Positions 38,170 to 48,127 are shown, numbered from the stretch's first letter. The stretch: 64,000 nucleotides of DNA from an uncultured Gammaproteobacteria bacterium (GCA_964485795.1 CAZAJQ010000006.1:9716-73715); one strand, 5' to 3'. Numbers and translations: made by a program. The notes: a model not told the origin generated them from the letters alone.

Positions 38170-38607
38170 TTATTTCAAAACTACCTTTCCTCCGGCCGCT
38201 TCGATCTTTTTCTTCATCTCTTCGGCTTCCTCCTTTTTAACGTTTTCTTTGAGCACTTTCGGAGCCTTATCCGTAAGATCTTTGGCGTCTTTGAGACCAA
38301 GACCCGTGATTTCACGAACAACCTTGATAACATTGATCTTGCTTGATCCGGCATCCGTAAGCTCGACCGTAAACTCGCTTTTTTCTTCGGCAGGAGCGGC
38401 TGCACCAGCGGCCGCCGGCATGGCACCCATCGCCATCATGGGAGCGGCAGCTGAAACTCCGAATTTTTTCTCAAGTACGGATACCAGCTCGGAAAGATCC
38501 AGAACGCTGAGCTGCTCAATTTGTGAAACGAGATTCTGAAATTTGGCCGGAACCTCGACTTTGGTTTCAGTCGCGGCGGATTCCATCGTGGGATTTTGAT
38601 CTGACAT
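38170..38607 (-). CDS. rplL: 50S ribosomal protein L7/L12
   Basis: N-terminal dimerisation helix, an Ala/Pro-rich hinge ([20 protein letters not shown]), and the C-terminal domain [53 protein letters not shown]. Confidence 0.9.
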   Translation of the reverse strand: MSDQNPTMESAATETKVEVPAKFQNLVSQIEQLSVLDLSELVSVLEKKFGVSAAAPMMAMGAMPAAAGAAAPAEEKSEFTVELTDAGSSKINVIKVVREITGLGLKDAKDLTDKAPKVLKENVKKEEAEEMKKKIEAAGGKVVLK

Positions 38608-38642
38608 AGGGGTATATTAGAAATTACCAATGAATAGGGGTT

Positions 38643-38763
38643 GAGACTGTAGAAAAATGCGAACTACTCGCTCTTCGCTACGCAGATTGCTCAAGATACA
38701 ACACATATCTTTCCCAATCTGCTCGCTCCAGAGCTTCGTATTTCATCATTTTTCTACAGTCTC
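38643..38763 (-). mobile_element. MITE-like non-autonomous element, family B, copy B (121 bp, inverted relative to copy A, flanked by the 5-bp direct repeat GGGTT)
   Basis: GAGACTGTAGAAAAATG...CATTTTTCTACAGTCTC. GGGTT occurs at 38638-38642 and 38764-38768. Its reverse complement is nearly identical to 18898-19018. It lies in the rplL-rplJ intergenic region. Confidence 0.6.
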
Positions 38764-38776
38764 GGGTTATAAAAAT

Positions 38777-39322
38777 TTATGCCGCTTTTTTGTCTTTCAC
38801 GGCTGATAAAACGTAGACCAATGACCTCAGATTACCAGCGAGGACATTGACCATGCCTGACAAGGGCGATGCAATGCTAGAAACGACTTTTGCCAAAAGA
38901 ACTTCTCTTGCCGGAATATTTGCCAAAGCTTGGGTTTGCACGGCATCAAGCATGCGCTGTCCGGAAGGGCTCGCGGTCAAAACCGACGCCACCATCTCAA
39001 AAGGCTCATGGGTTTTGCCAAACTCCTTGGCAAGTTTTGCTCCCGTCACCTCGTCGGCATAACTCATGATCACGGCCAATTCTTTGCGACTCACGACCGT
39101 CGGGTCAATATCGGACATTTGGGCGGCTTCAAAAGCCTTTCGAAGCAGGGTCTTTTTGGCAACCAGATATTCTGAATTTTCCAGCTTGACCTTGCGGCGC
39201 AATGTCTCCAGCTCAGAAACCGGAATGCCGCTGAATTGCACAAAAACAACGCTTTTTGCGGTTTGAAGCTTCCGAACAAGCTTCTGAATGATTTCGGACT
39301 TGTGTTGCTTGGAAATGGGCAT
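38777..39322 (-). CDS. rplJ: 50S ribosomal protein L10
   Basis: MPISKQHKSEIIQKLVRKLQTAKSVVFVQFSGIPVSELETLRRKV matches the L10 N-terminus. It lies upstream of rplL. Confidence 0.9.
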   Translation of the reverse strand: MPISKQHKSEIIQKLVRKLQTAKSVVFVQFSGIPVSELETLRRKVKLENSEYLVAKKTLLRKAFEAAQMSDIDPTVVSRKELAVIMSYADEVTGAKLAKEFGKTHEPFEMVASVLTASPSGQRMLDAVQTQALANIPAREVLLAKVVSSIASPLSGMVNVLAGNLRSLVYVLSAVKDKKAA

Positions 39323-39467
39323 AAAAAAAATCTGTGAATGCAAAACCACAGAATTCGTTTACCTCGATAGGATTTACGCTTCTGCAACCTATGGTCTGTG
39401 GTAATGGACACACATTAACAAGGAATCATGGGACTGTCAAATTGTGTTCACCATGCAGCGGAAAATT

Positions 39468-40169
39468 TCACTGGGAGCGATTTGAGAGAATACTTCCGAC
39501 AAACGTACCATGAAGCAAAAAATTCCGAACACGGGACCATTTTTTCCCGTTCATCATAAGCACCTCGATATCGAGGCGCTCCGCAAGCGCTGAGGCGATT
39601 GCATCAAAAGGAACATGAGCTCCGGGATTCCATGTTTTGGGCGTTATGTTTCGATAGGTTTTCCACAACAGCCTTTTTTGTTTTTTTGCATCCGTAAAAA
39701 TATTCGGATCTTTGTCGTATACATAGTCGATATTGGAAAGATTGAGAATTTTCCGCGCTCCATATGTCTTCGCCAAAGTCACGGCCACAAAATCCGTGGA
39801 CCATCCCGGACGAGATCCGCCCGCAAATACGACGCTATGCTCCGGCCATGTATCGAATTTTTCCGGATCGGTGATAATGTCCGACACGCTCAGATCTCCG
39901 AAAGAAAAAAGAAAAAAATGCGCGTTGATACGTGTCGCCAAAATACCGATAAAATCCTTTTCTTCGGGACGCGCATCACAAACTTTGGTCAATGATCGCT
40001 GGTACTCACGCGCCACTTTGCCGCCTCCGGTAACAATGAAAATATTGCGGTAGTGCTTCCTTATCTCCGCCAATAGACTTCGCATTTTTTTCAAAAAAAT
40101 AACATCCACATTTTCATCGCATATCACGGATCCTCCCAAAGAAATAATAAGGCTTTCTTGTTGATTCAT
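39468..40169 (-). CDS. pyrH: UMP kinase
   Basis: Amino-acid-kinase fold motifs IISLGGSV...FIVTGGGKVAREY...ATRINA. Confidence 0.85.
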   Translation of the reverse strand: MNQQESLIISLGGSVICDENVDVIFLKKMRSLLAEIRKHYRNIFIVTGGGKVAREYQRSLTKVCDARPEEKDFIGILATRINAHFFLFSFGDLSVSDIITDPEKFDTWPEHSVVFAGGSRPGWSTDFVAVTLAKTYGARKILNLSNIDYVYDKDPNIFTDAKKQKRLLWKTYRNITPKTWNPGAHVPFDAIASALAERLDIEVLMMNGKKWSRVRNFLLHGTFVGSILSNRSQ

Positions 40170-40201
40170 AGTATGGTTACATTCACGCTTTCTCAAAATA
40201 C

Positions 40202-41221
40202 CTATTGCCCAAGGGGAACATCTGTAAGATATTTTCTTTTGTTCATGAGATGTTGCTCATAGGACTCGGCAAAATAGATATTGCCGCTTGCATCCGTCAG
40301 ATAAAAAAAGTAATCGTTTTTTTCCGGGTTAAGCGCCGCTTTCAGGGAATCCAAACCCGGATTTCCAAGGGGACCGATGGGTAATCCGAAATATTTATAT
40401 GTATTGTAAGGGCTATCAATCTCAAGATCAGCGAGCGTGGATCGGACATTGTTCTTTTTCGTGATGTAATTGATGCTGGCGTCCACCTGCAAAAGCATAT
40501 GGTCTTTGAGCCGATTCGACAGAATTCCGGCTACTTTGGTTTTTGATCCGTAGGTTCGCACTTCTTTTTCTAATATGCTCGCCATAATCACCGTGTCATG
40601 CAAACTTTGATCGGTTTTGCTAATATCATCTTTGAGCTTTAAAACCTGTACGCCGAAATTCTCGAGCATCTTTCGTACCAGCTGCTCGGCAGATGCGTTT
40701 CGGAATACTTTATAGGTATCAGGGAAAAGATACCCTTCCAATGTCCGAATATTTTCATCACTCAAAAACATAAAATCGTCCCGAAACATTTCCGCGTTTT
40801 GCGCCACTTGTAAAAATTCTTGAGAAGAAGCTATGTCCTGCTGCTCCGCATAAGCGGCCATATCTTCATTCGTCCAGCCCTCCAAAAAAGTCAATTCCAC
40901 CTCATCGGGAGTTTCTTTTCCCTCTGAAAAGAGGAGGAGCAAATCGCTGGGCGCATAGGTCGTCGGAATCGCATACGAACCGCTTTTTACATTCGTATCG
41001 ATGTTTCGCAATTTGGCATAGAGTTTCAACAACCATTTTTGGGATATCAATCCTTGATCCTCGAGATTTTGGGCAATTTTATCAAGATTTTCACCTGATC
41101 GGATGACAAAAAAAGTGTCTTCGGGCGCGTGATGAATCGAAAAAATCTGAACATATCCATACCAGCCGAGTATGGATATGAAGACCATGATGCCAACAAA
41201 AAACAAGGTTGTTTTTTTCAT
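40202..41221 (-). CDS. mltG: endolytic murein transglycosylase MltG (YceG-like)
   Basis: N-terminal TM helix. YceG signature SPYNTYKYFGLPIGPLGNPG (YNTYxxxGLPPGPI). Confidence 0.85.
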   Translation of the reverse strand: MKKTTLFFVGIMVFISILGWYGYVQIFSIHHAPEDTFFVIRSGENLDKIAQNLEDQGLISQKWLLKLYAKLRNIDTNVKSGSYAIPTTYAPSDLLLLFSEGKETPDEVELTFLEGWTNEDMAAYAEQQDIASSQEFLQVAQNAEMFRDDFMFLSDENIRTLEGYLFPDTYKVFRNASAEQLVRKMLENFGVQVLKLKDDISKTDQSLHDTVIMASILEKEVRTYGSKTKVAGILSNRLKDHMLLQVDASINYITKKNNVRSTLADLEIDSPYNTYKYFGLPIGPLGNPGLDSLKAALNPEKNDYFFYLTDASGNIYFAESYEQHLMNKRKYLTDVPLGQ

Positions 41222-41250
41222 TGTATGATTTTCATTTTATAAAAATTTCA

Positions 41251-42324
41251 TCAGACAAACTCCGAATGACTCGTCCGAAGCATTTCCACGAGTTTTTTTA
41301 TGTCAGCGGCGTCTTCCTTTTTGCATACCAAGACGGCATCGGGAGTGGCGACGATGATGAGATCGCTGACACCGCATGTGGCGATCATGCTTTTCGAATG
41401 ATTCATGACATGAATATTACGACTCGCAAGGGACACCGCCAAGGCATCCGCAGACGCATCGCTCCTTCTGTCATCAAGTATATCCGCCACGTGATCCCAG
41501 CTTCCAATATCGGTCCATCCGAAATCTCCCTTCATGATCAACACTTCCGAAGGCCGCAATTTTTCGGTAATGCAATAGTCTATTGCTATTTTCTCAAGCC
41601 GTTCATAATGAAGCAAAGCGCTTTCTTCATCGTTATGATCCAAAGCCTCCTGCACTTTTTGCAACCCTTCATACATGCTCGGAGCATAAGCTTTGTAAGC
41701 CTGTAAAAATTTCTTGGGCGTCCAAATGTAATAATTGCCGTGCCACAGATATTCTCCGGATGCCACATAGTGCAGGGCTTTTTCCTTCGTCGGCTTTTCC
41801 ACATGACCCGCGAATTCGTAAACTTCCACGCCGTCCTTAACCCCGTAAGGCCTTCCAATACGGCTGTATCCATAGGCCGTGCTGGGATATGTCGGATGGA
41901 TACCGATATCCACGAGTTTTCCCGTTTCCGACACCAGTCGTTCCCCGATCTTCAACGTTTGCAAAAAACGATCGGCATCGCCGATATGATGATCGGACGG
42001 GATAAATACCAACGGTTCATCGCCGTGCCGCGCCAAAAGAACGCAAGCGACAAATCCGATGGCAGGAGCCGTGTCCCTCCGCGCTGGTTCGGCCACGATG
42101 CGCGTATGACATTCGCTCGGAATAATGCTTTTCAAAGAAGCAATGTCATTTTGGGCAACGGAAAAATAAATATCCCCCTGAGAAAAACCGCCAAGCAACC
42201 TTTCATACGTTTCCAATATCAAAGGTTTGTCCGAAATAATCGAACAAAACTGCTTTGGCATTGCGTTTCGAGACAATGGCCACAGCCTCGTCCCGCTGCC
42301 ACCCGCAAGTATCACTGCTTTCAT
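41251..42324 (-). CDS. manC: mannose-1-phosphate guanylyltransferase (GDP-mannose pyrophosphorylase)
   Basis: MKAVILAGGSGTRLWPLSRNAMPKQF nucleotidyltransferase motif, with a ManC-like central and C-terminal region. Confidence 0.85.
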   Translation of the reverse strand: MKAVILAGGSGTRLWPLSRNAMPKQFCSIISDKPLILETYERLLGGFSQGDIYFSVAQNDIASLKSIIPSECHTRIVAEPARRDTAPAIGFVACVLLARHGDEPLVFIPSDHHIGDADRFLQTLKIGERLVSETGKLVDIGIHPTYPSTAYGYSRIGRPYGVKDGVEVYEFAGHVEKPTKEKALHYVASGEYLWHGNYYIWTPKKFLQAYKAYAPSMYEGLQKVQEALDHNDEESALLHYERLEKIAIDYCITEKLRPSEVLIMKGDFGWTDIGSWDHVADILDDRRSDASADALAVSLASRNIHVMNHSKSMIATCGVSDLIIVATPDAVLVCKKEDAADIKKLVEMLRTSHSEFV

Positions 42325-42382
42325 AGATGAAATAATCCAAAACGCTCAGATGAATTCCCGCCTTGACGCAATTTCTATTTTT

Positions 42383-42871
42383 TTAGGCTTGAAAATTTTT
42401 CATCACCTGCACCAATTCCACGGCCGCATAGGCGCATTCATAGCCTTTGTTTCCATCATCGTCTCGCGATCGAACCTGCGCCTGTTCGAGAGTATTGGTG
42501 GTAATCACTCCGAAAATTATGGGAACCTGCGTATCAAGGCTTACCCGTAAAACTCCTTCGGTAACCGCCTTGGCGACAAAATCAAAGTGGGGAGTTTCCC
42601 CGCGGATGACAGCACCCAGAGCGATCACCACATCCGGGTGTTGACGCTGAATCACTCTGGAAGCGACCAAGGGAATTTCAAAAGATCCGGGCACATCCAC
42701 AAAAAGAATATTTTCTTCCTTCACTTGCGCCTCATGTAAAGCTCTTTTGCATCCCGCAAGCAAACCGTTCGTAATATTTTCGTTGAAACGAGCTCTCACA
42801 ACCGCGATACGCATGTCAAGCCCCAGAATCTTATCTTTTTGAAAGGTATTGGTCTTCATAAAAAAAATCAT
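42383..42871 (-). CDS. ribH: 6,7-dimethyl-8-ribityllumazine synthase
   Basis: RIAVVRARFNENITNGLLAGC...VIALGAVIRGETPHFDFVAKAVTEGV...PIIFGVITT are RibH signatures. Confidence 0.85.
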   Translation of the reverse strand: MIFFMKTNTFQKDKILGLDMRIAVVRARFNENITNGLLAGCKRALHEAQVKEENILFVDVPGSFEIPLVASRVIQRQHPDVVIALGAVIRGETPHFDFVAKAVTEGVLRVSLDTQVPIIFGVITTNTLEQAQVRSRDDDGNKGYECAYAAVELVQVMKNFQA

Positions 42872-42896
42872 CCAACTTTCTTAAAATGGAGTGTCA

Positions 42897-43481
42897 TTAT
42901 ATCAAATTCCCCAAATATCTGCAGAGCACATCCACCTCGATATTGACCAGATCTGTCTCTCGCAATAAAGAAAGATTGGTTTTTCGGAGCGTCAGCGGTA
43001 TCAGAGAAACCTGAAACTGATCTTGATCGGCTTTGCTGATCGTCAAGCTTACCCCATTGACGGCGACGGATCCTTTTTCGGGAAAATACTTGAAAAGTTC
43101 AAGCGGTGGGGCGATCGTGAGAGAATACTTGGATCCGTCTGATATGACCTTTTTCACTCCGGCGGTCGCATCCACATGACCAAGCACCCAATGCCCGTCC
43201 ACCGTATCTCCCATGCGCAAGGGAAATTCAATGTTCATTTGATCATATCCCAGCGGCTTTCCAAAACGTGTTTTGCTCAGTGTCTCGGGCATCAATTCAA
43301 AACGCAAAGACGAATGTCGCTCGTTTTTTGATATCACGGATAAACAGACGCCATCAATCGCGACGCTTTGCCCCTCATATATCCGAGTCGGGAGAACCTC
43401 GCAAAAAACGTCCAAAAAAACACGATCATTTTCTCGAACAAGCTTCCCCTTTCCCTGTTGTCGTATAATGCCGTTAAACAT
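42897..43481 (-). CDS. ribE: riboflavin synthase alpha subunit
   Basis: MFNGIIRQQGK...IDGVCLSVI and a second half NGVSLTISK. This is the duplicated lumazine-binding barrel. Confidence 0.85.
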   Translation of the reverse strand: MFNGIIRQQGKGKLVRENDRVFLDVFCEVLPTRIYEGQSVAIDGVCLSVISKNERHSSLRFELMPETLSKTRFGKPLGYDQMNIEFPLRMGDTVDGHWVLGHVDATAGVKKVISDGSKYSLTIAPPLELFKYFPEKGSVAVNGVSLTISKADQDQFQVSLIPLTLRKTNLSLLRETDLVNIEVDVLCRYLGNLI

Positions 43482-43502
43482 AATTTGATTTCGACGAAAA
43501 CC

Positions 43503-43883
43503 TCATGAAGCGAAAAAATTTCGAACATACTCGATATCTTCAAGGATTTTCTTTTTCAAATCTTCTTTCGAAGGGAACTTCATCATTTCCCTCACGTATT
43601 CGACCAAGATCACGTCCATCTCTTGTCCGTAAATATCTGCATCAAAATCAAAAATATGCACTTCAATCTTCGGAGCCTTATATTCATGAAACGTCTCGGC
43701 TATTCCGATGCTTGCGATGCCTTTCATCGACTCGCCATTCATATGCACCTTGGCGCCGTACACGCCAAATGGTGGGAAAAAAAAATGCGGAAAAGTGATC
43801 TCGAGATTGGCCGTGGCGCAACAAAACGACCTGGCAAATTTTTTACCGGTCACGACACGCCCTCGAAAAGTGAGTGGAAGCAT
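43503..43883 (-). CDS. stand-alone riboflavin kinase domain protein (RibF C-terminal-domain-like)
   Basis: RGRVVTGKKFARSFCCATANLEI matches the riboflavin kinase motif (GRxxGxxxGxPTANL). No FAD-synthetase N-terminal domain is present. The start is taken at the internal Met. Confidence 0.7.
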   Translation of the reverse strand: MLPLTFRGRVVTGKKFARSFCCATANLEITFPHFFFPPFGVYGAKVHMNGESMKGIASIGIAETFHEYKAPKIEVHIFDFDADIYGQEMDVILVEYVREMMKFPSKEDLKKKILEDIEYVRNFFAS

Positions 43884-43950
43884 CATAAAAAAAATTCTAG
43901 CAACTATACCAAGTATGCAATCCCAAATCAAGCATGGTTCTATTCGATGC

Positions 43951-44787
43951 TCATTTCAAACGCTCGAGCAGGTTTTTTCCTTCCCAATTTTTTGGACTTT
44001 CGATGCCGAGGCTTCCCAATATCGAAGGGCCGACATCAAAAACCGTCCCCATGCATTTCAGCGTGTTCAGATCTGCGGAATAAACATCCCCTCCCCGAAT
44101 CGCACTTCTCCCGACAAGCGATTTTCCTACCACCATAAAAGGGAAAATTCTCTTCTCTTCGTTTTCTTGATAGAAATCCGATGACAGAAAAATCATGCCC
44201 CGATAGGAAAGAATCATTTCAACGATTTTCTCAAGGACGGAAAAAAAGTGACGTCGGTATTCGATCGCGTCCAAAGAAGATTCCGATTCCGCTTGGGACA
44301 TATTTCCCAGATGCGCCATGATAAAATGCGATTTTTTTTCCTTCACTTTTCTTCGAATCTCAAAAAACACTTTTTCCAAAGAATCGCTCTCGCCATCATC
44401 GCTTCCGAGAATCCTCCATTCTTCACCGTCAAACGGCTGTCCGATTTTCCCGTTGAAATAATACCCCACCTGCGGGAAATGCCCGCAAAATCCGATTTTG
44501 GTTTGTTTTTTTCCTCGCCCGGAGATAAGAGAAGACACCGAATCACGAACATCGGCGTTTTTATAGAGAAAACTTTTCGTGAATTTGAGCCCCGTACCCA
44601 TGTTCAAAAAATTCACATTCAATGAATTTCCCTTCAGGGTTTCCAATCCGAAAATCGGATACTGGGAAATAACATTTGAAAAAAAGTCGGGCATACGCCC
44701 ATACGCACGGGGATATTCTCCGAAAGATCTCGAATGAAGTCCCGTGAGAAAAAGCAATACGCTGAAATTATGACTGGTCATGATCAT
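43951..44787 (-). CDS. alkaline-phosphatase-superfamily (metalloenzyme-core) like protein, uncertain
   Basis: 278 aa with only weak similarity to type I phosphodiesterase / iPGM-like cores (HLGNMS, GPSILGSLGIE). Confidence 0.35.
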   Translation of the reverse strand: MIMTSHNFSVLLFLTGLHSRSFGEYPRAYGRMPDFFSNVISQYPIFGLETLKGNSLNVNFLNMGTGLKFTKSFLYKNADVRDSVSSLISGRGKKQTKIGFCGHFPQVGYYFNGKIGQPFDGEEWRILGSDDGESDSLEKVFFEIRRKVKEKKSHFIMAHLGNMSQAESESSLDAIEYRRHFFSVLEKIVEMILSYRGMIFLSSDFYQENEEKRIFPFMVVGKSLVGRSAIRGGDVYSADLNTLKCMGTVFDVGPSILGSLGIESPKNWEGKNLLERLK

Positions 44788-45235
44788 GATTGATTAGCGT
44801 CGACACAAGCGTGCCGGAAATCCAAGCGGCAAACAGCCATGTTTGCGAGGCAAACACCGGATATCCGACGGCAAAAAAAATGACAAACGTTGATAAAAAA
44901 AAGAGAATCAGTTTGACATACTTATTTATGCATTCCAACCGTTTCATCCGTTGAGAAGCGGTTTTTAAAATCCGCTCAGAAGTCGGCTTCGCAACGACCG
45001 ATGCGTCACGTGCTATTTTCTTGACCGTCCAAGCATGCAATATTCCTAAAACAAAAACTCCTCCCAATAGTCCATTCAGTGAGATGTAGCTTGTAACCAT
45101 CTTATCAAAAAGCAGCTCGAGAAGAAAAAAAAGAGCATAGGAAAAAACCGACGCGTAAAAAAATATTTCAAGCGCTTGCGATCTAAAAGAGCTTGGAAAA
45201 TTTTTGTCCAATAATTCTAACAATGTCTTCCACAT
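44768..45235 (-). CDS. hypothetical membrane protein (4 TM)
   Basis: 155-aa hydrophobic ORF in an operon-like arrangement with its neighbours. Confidence 0.4.
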   Translation of the reverse strand: MWKTLLELLDKNFPSSFRSQALEIFFYASVFSYALFFLLELLFDKMVTSYISLNGLLGGVFVLGILHAWTVKKIARDASVVAKPTSERILKTASQRMKRLECINKYVKLILFFLSTFVIFFAVGYPVFASQTWLFAAWISGTLVSTLINHDHDQS

Positions 45236-46607
45236 ACATGGGAGAATAGTGAATCAAAAGGGAAATGTTTCTCATAAAAAATTGATCCTCGTTTTTTTTA
45301 TAGGGCACCGAAAAAATGAATTCGCCTTCATTGTCTTTTCGATAAAAATCTTCAGCCGGAAAATGTTTTTTTACCCGTTTCCACCCGTCCGGAAGCGGTT
45401 GCGGTTCGTCATATTTCGCGACGATAAAACGTATCTGAGATGTCGCGACGTCGGTAAACGGCGATATGTGGCGCGGTCGGAAAGGAATTTCATCCTGCAT
45501 GCGAAAAAACCACGAATAGTGCGAAAAAAAAGATGTATTTCCTTTTCTCATCATCACCTCATACGTCGGCGGAAATGATGCGTCGCGCTGAATTCGCACA
45601 GGGACTTTCACTTTATCAATCGCATACTCCTTTCCATTGACGAGAACCGTCTGCATACCCTGATAGGTGTCCGCCCATACGGAAAATTCATCGGCGTCGG
45701 TGAAGAAAGTAACGTTTTTTTCATCTCCAAATCGAATATTGTCCGCGTACAAAAATCCATCCTCGCGATCATGAGACAGGAAAACGCTATCCGACGCGTT
45801 CAATGAAACAGTGTAAACCGCGTCCGTATCGGTCGTCAAAGAAAACCTTTTCGTTTCATGAGACTTGAGTGTATCTTCATAAGTCCGCATTCGTCCGCGA
45901 TCATCCCGGATCTCCATGCGTATTTCTTGCGAAGATTCTGCCGCGTTGGAAAGAGTCAAACGTTTGATTTCGTTTCCCGATCGCATCGGAACGACAAAGG
46001 TATGTTTACCGATCAAAGTCACGGGATTTTCATAGGAAAATGCCTCTGAACTTTCGGAAACATGCATTCCATTTCCTTCTTCCAAAAATGGCGGAGAACG
46101 ATCAAAAAAATACACTCCCCATTGTTTAAAATCTGGAGGCTCCGAAAGAAAATCAGCGATCGAATCATGGTTTTTTTCGCCCTTTTTCTGAAAAAAAAGA
46201 AGATCATTTTCTTTTTTCACGCTCCAATCCGCATCTACGAGCAGACGATTGAGAAGCGGATGATCCAAGGAAGTCATGTCATACATTTGATCGGCGTATT
46301 TTTCGGCACCGACCTCGATCGTGGAATCTCCGCCGTAACGGTATTCGACCGTCATATCGACGGAGGTCGGCTTTCTTGGCAATACATACGACCAATACAC
46401 GGGTTCGTTCACGATTTGAACGACTCCGCCATCCTTGCGAAAAAATTGTTTCGGGAACAATTCTTGAGATTTCCATCTTTTCTCGGGCGTATAGAAAACG
46501 CTGTCATCGCCGTCAATCGCAAAAAAGTCATTGGCGATGATGAACGCCACAAAGACGGGAATCATAAAAGGAAGAACCATCACGGCCAAGCTTTTTTTCA
46601 TCTTCAT
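45183..46607 (-). CDS. hypothetical exported/membrane-anchored protein
   Basis: 474 aa. N-terminal signal/anchor MKMKKSLAVMVLPFMIPVFVAFIIA. The 4-nt overlap with the upstream GT-C gene suggests co-translation. Confidence 0.5.
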   Translation of the reverse strand: MKMKKSLAVMVLPFMIPVFVAFIIANDFFAIDGDDSVFYTPEKRWKSQELFPKQFFRKDGGVVQIVNEPVYWSYVLPRKPTSVDMTVEYRYGGDSTIEVGAEKYADQMYDMTSLDHPLLNRLLVDADWSVKKENDLLFFQKKGEKNHDSIADFLSEPPDFKQWGVYFFDRSPPFLEEGNGMHVSESSEAFSYENPVTLIGKHTFVVPMRSGNEIKRLTLSNAAESSQEIRMEIRDDRGRMRTYEDTLKSHETKRFSLTTDTDAVYTVSLNASDSVFLSHDREDGFLYADNIRFGDEKNVTFFTDADEFSVWADTYQGMQTVLVNGKEYAIDKVKVPVRIQRDASFPPTYEVMMRKGNTSFFSHYSWFFRMQDEIPFRPRHISPFTDVATSQIRFIVAKYDEPQPLPDGWKRVKKHFPAEDFYRKDNEGEFIFSVPYKKNEDQFFMRNISLLIHYSPMYVEDIVRIIGQKFSKLF

Positions 46608-48127
46608 AAAATGCGATACAAATAAAAATCATCCGAAAAAAACAGGAGTGTCATTGCATGATTCGCGTTTTTTTGCAAAAGATACTCGGAAGCACCTATC
46701 GGATTGCGATAAGTGGCCCAGACCACTCCTTGATCTTTGGGTACAGATTCGAGCAACTCCTTCAGCTCATCGGATTTCATCGGCTCAACGGCGGCGACTG
46801 AAAAGTCGGGGAAAAAAAGCTTGTCAAACTTTTCGACTAACACGATATCCCGCTTTTGAAGATACTTTTCGGCTTCCATGCGTATCCAGCCATAGTGTTT
46901 CAGTCGCTCTGAAACATGCAAAAAACTTTCGGTGTCCAAACGGATCGTGGTAACCAATGAAAGCGATATCAGCGCTATCAATATGCCATATCGCGTGAAT
47001 GCTCCAAAACGCCGTAAAAAAAACATGGCGCAGACGGTCATGCCAAAAAAAATCGGCAGCCAGTACCTCATGAAACTCGAAGCCAACGAAATATCCGGAG
47101 AAAGACTTTCTTGCAATTTCCAGCTTCCGTAATAGACGGCAAGATAGGTTGCGGCCAAAAAGCTTGCGAATAACAATGAAAATGGAATTTTTTTTGATCG
47201 ATAGATCAGAACCGCTCCAAGAGCCGCCGGAATGCTGTACCACCACAAAAAACCGACCATGTATTCTGCCCCGTATTTGAGCGTATCAAGAAAGCCGATA
47301 CCAAAAGGGAAAAAAATATTTCTTAGTGAAAATAAAGAGGCTGAATCACCGTCGCCACCATTTCCATATGACTCTCCCCAGAGAGTACCGGAAACCATGC
47401 CATTAATCGCGAAAAAAACAACGGCGATGAAGAATGCCGCAACGGAAAAAAAAACGATGCGATTTTTCCCACCGAGCGCTTTCGCCCGGACAAGCAGGAA
47501 GACAAAAAACGGAACGACCCACACGGCTTCCGATGGTCGAACGGAAAGGGCAAGTGCGAAAAAAAAACCCGATAATAAGTATGCGACGCTCAAAGTCTTT
47601 TCCGAATTCCACCTCAGGAAAAGTAAGCAGACTGCCATGAGAAAGAAAGCGAAAAAAGGAAGATTGGGGTACCCGCCGCGCGATGAATAGTACCAATACG
47701 CGGGATGAAACGCGAGCAACAATATCCCTGAAACCGCGCTATGTATTCCCAACCGCTGGAACAGCAACGTTCCAAACATCATCAGAGCGACCACTGATAC
47801 CATCGGCGTGAAATAGCGTACGGAATCGAGCCCGAAGATTTTTGCTCCGTATCCGTAGAGAACCGCGAGCCCGATAAATCCCTCCGGCGTCCATGAATTT
47901 CCGTCGTAATGGATGCTTCTGGGGCGAATAAGCCCCGAAAAGCGGTTTACGCGCTCATCCTCATATATCGGCAATCCATGTTCGTATACCTGCGTGATGA
48001 AAAAAGCGTTGGCCATTTCATCCGGAGAATTGAAGATACGCTGATGCTTTTCATACGAGAAAAAAGAGTAGAAAAAAAACAATCCCAGTCCGAAAAGAAA
48101 AAAAACGCTAATATAAAGCTTTTTCAT
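46604..48127 (-). CDS. GT-C fold membrane glycosyltransferase (ArnT/PMT/GT39-like)
   Basis: 507 aa with about 11 TM helices. The N-terminal segment YEKHQRIFNSPDEMANAFF...YEDERVNRF is typical of the ArnT/PMT first loop with its acidic motif. A C-terminal soluble domain is present. Confidence 0.6.
   Translation of the reverse strand: MKKLYISVFFLFGLGLFFFYSFFSYEKHQRIFNSPDEMANAFFITQVYEHGLPIYEDERVNRFSGLIRPRSIHYDGNSWTPEGFIGLAVLYGYGAKIFGLDSVRYFTPMVSVVALMMFGTLLFQRLGIHSAVSGILLLAFHPAYWYYSSRGGYPNLPFFAFFLMAVCLLFLRWNSEKTLSVAYLLSGFFFALALSVRPSEAVWVVPFFVFLLVRAKALGGKNRIVFFSVAAFFIAVVFFAINGMVSGTLWGESYGNGGDGDSASLFSLRNIFFPFGIGFLDTLKYGAEYMVGFLWWYSIPAALGAVLIYRSKKIPFSLLFASFLAATYLAVYYGSWKLQESLSPDISLASSFMRYWLPIFFGMTVCAMFFLRRFGAFTRYGILIALISLSLVTTIRLDTESFLHVSERLKHYGWIRMEAEKYLQKRDIVLVEKFDKLFFPDFSVAAVEPMKSDELKELLESVPKDQGVVWATYRNPIGASEYLLQKNANHAMTLLFFSDDFYLYRIL

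Noticed and set aside
43884-43950. FMN riboswitch upstream of the riboflavin genes
   Set aside because: The intergenic gap is only about 67 nt and the conserved RFN elements are not visible.
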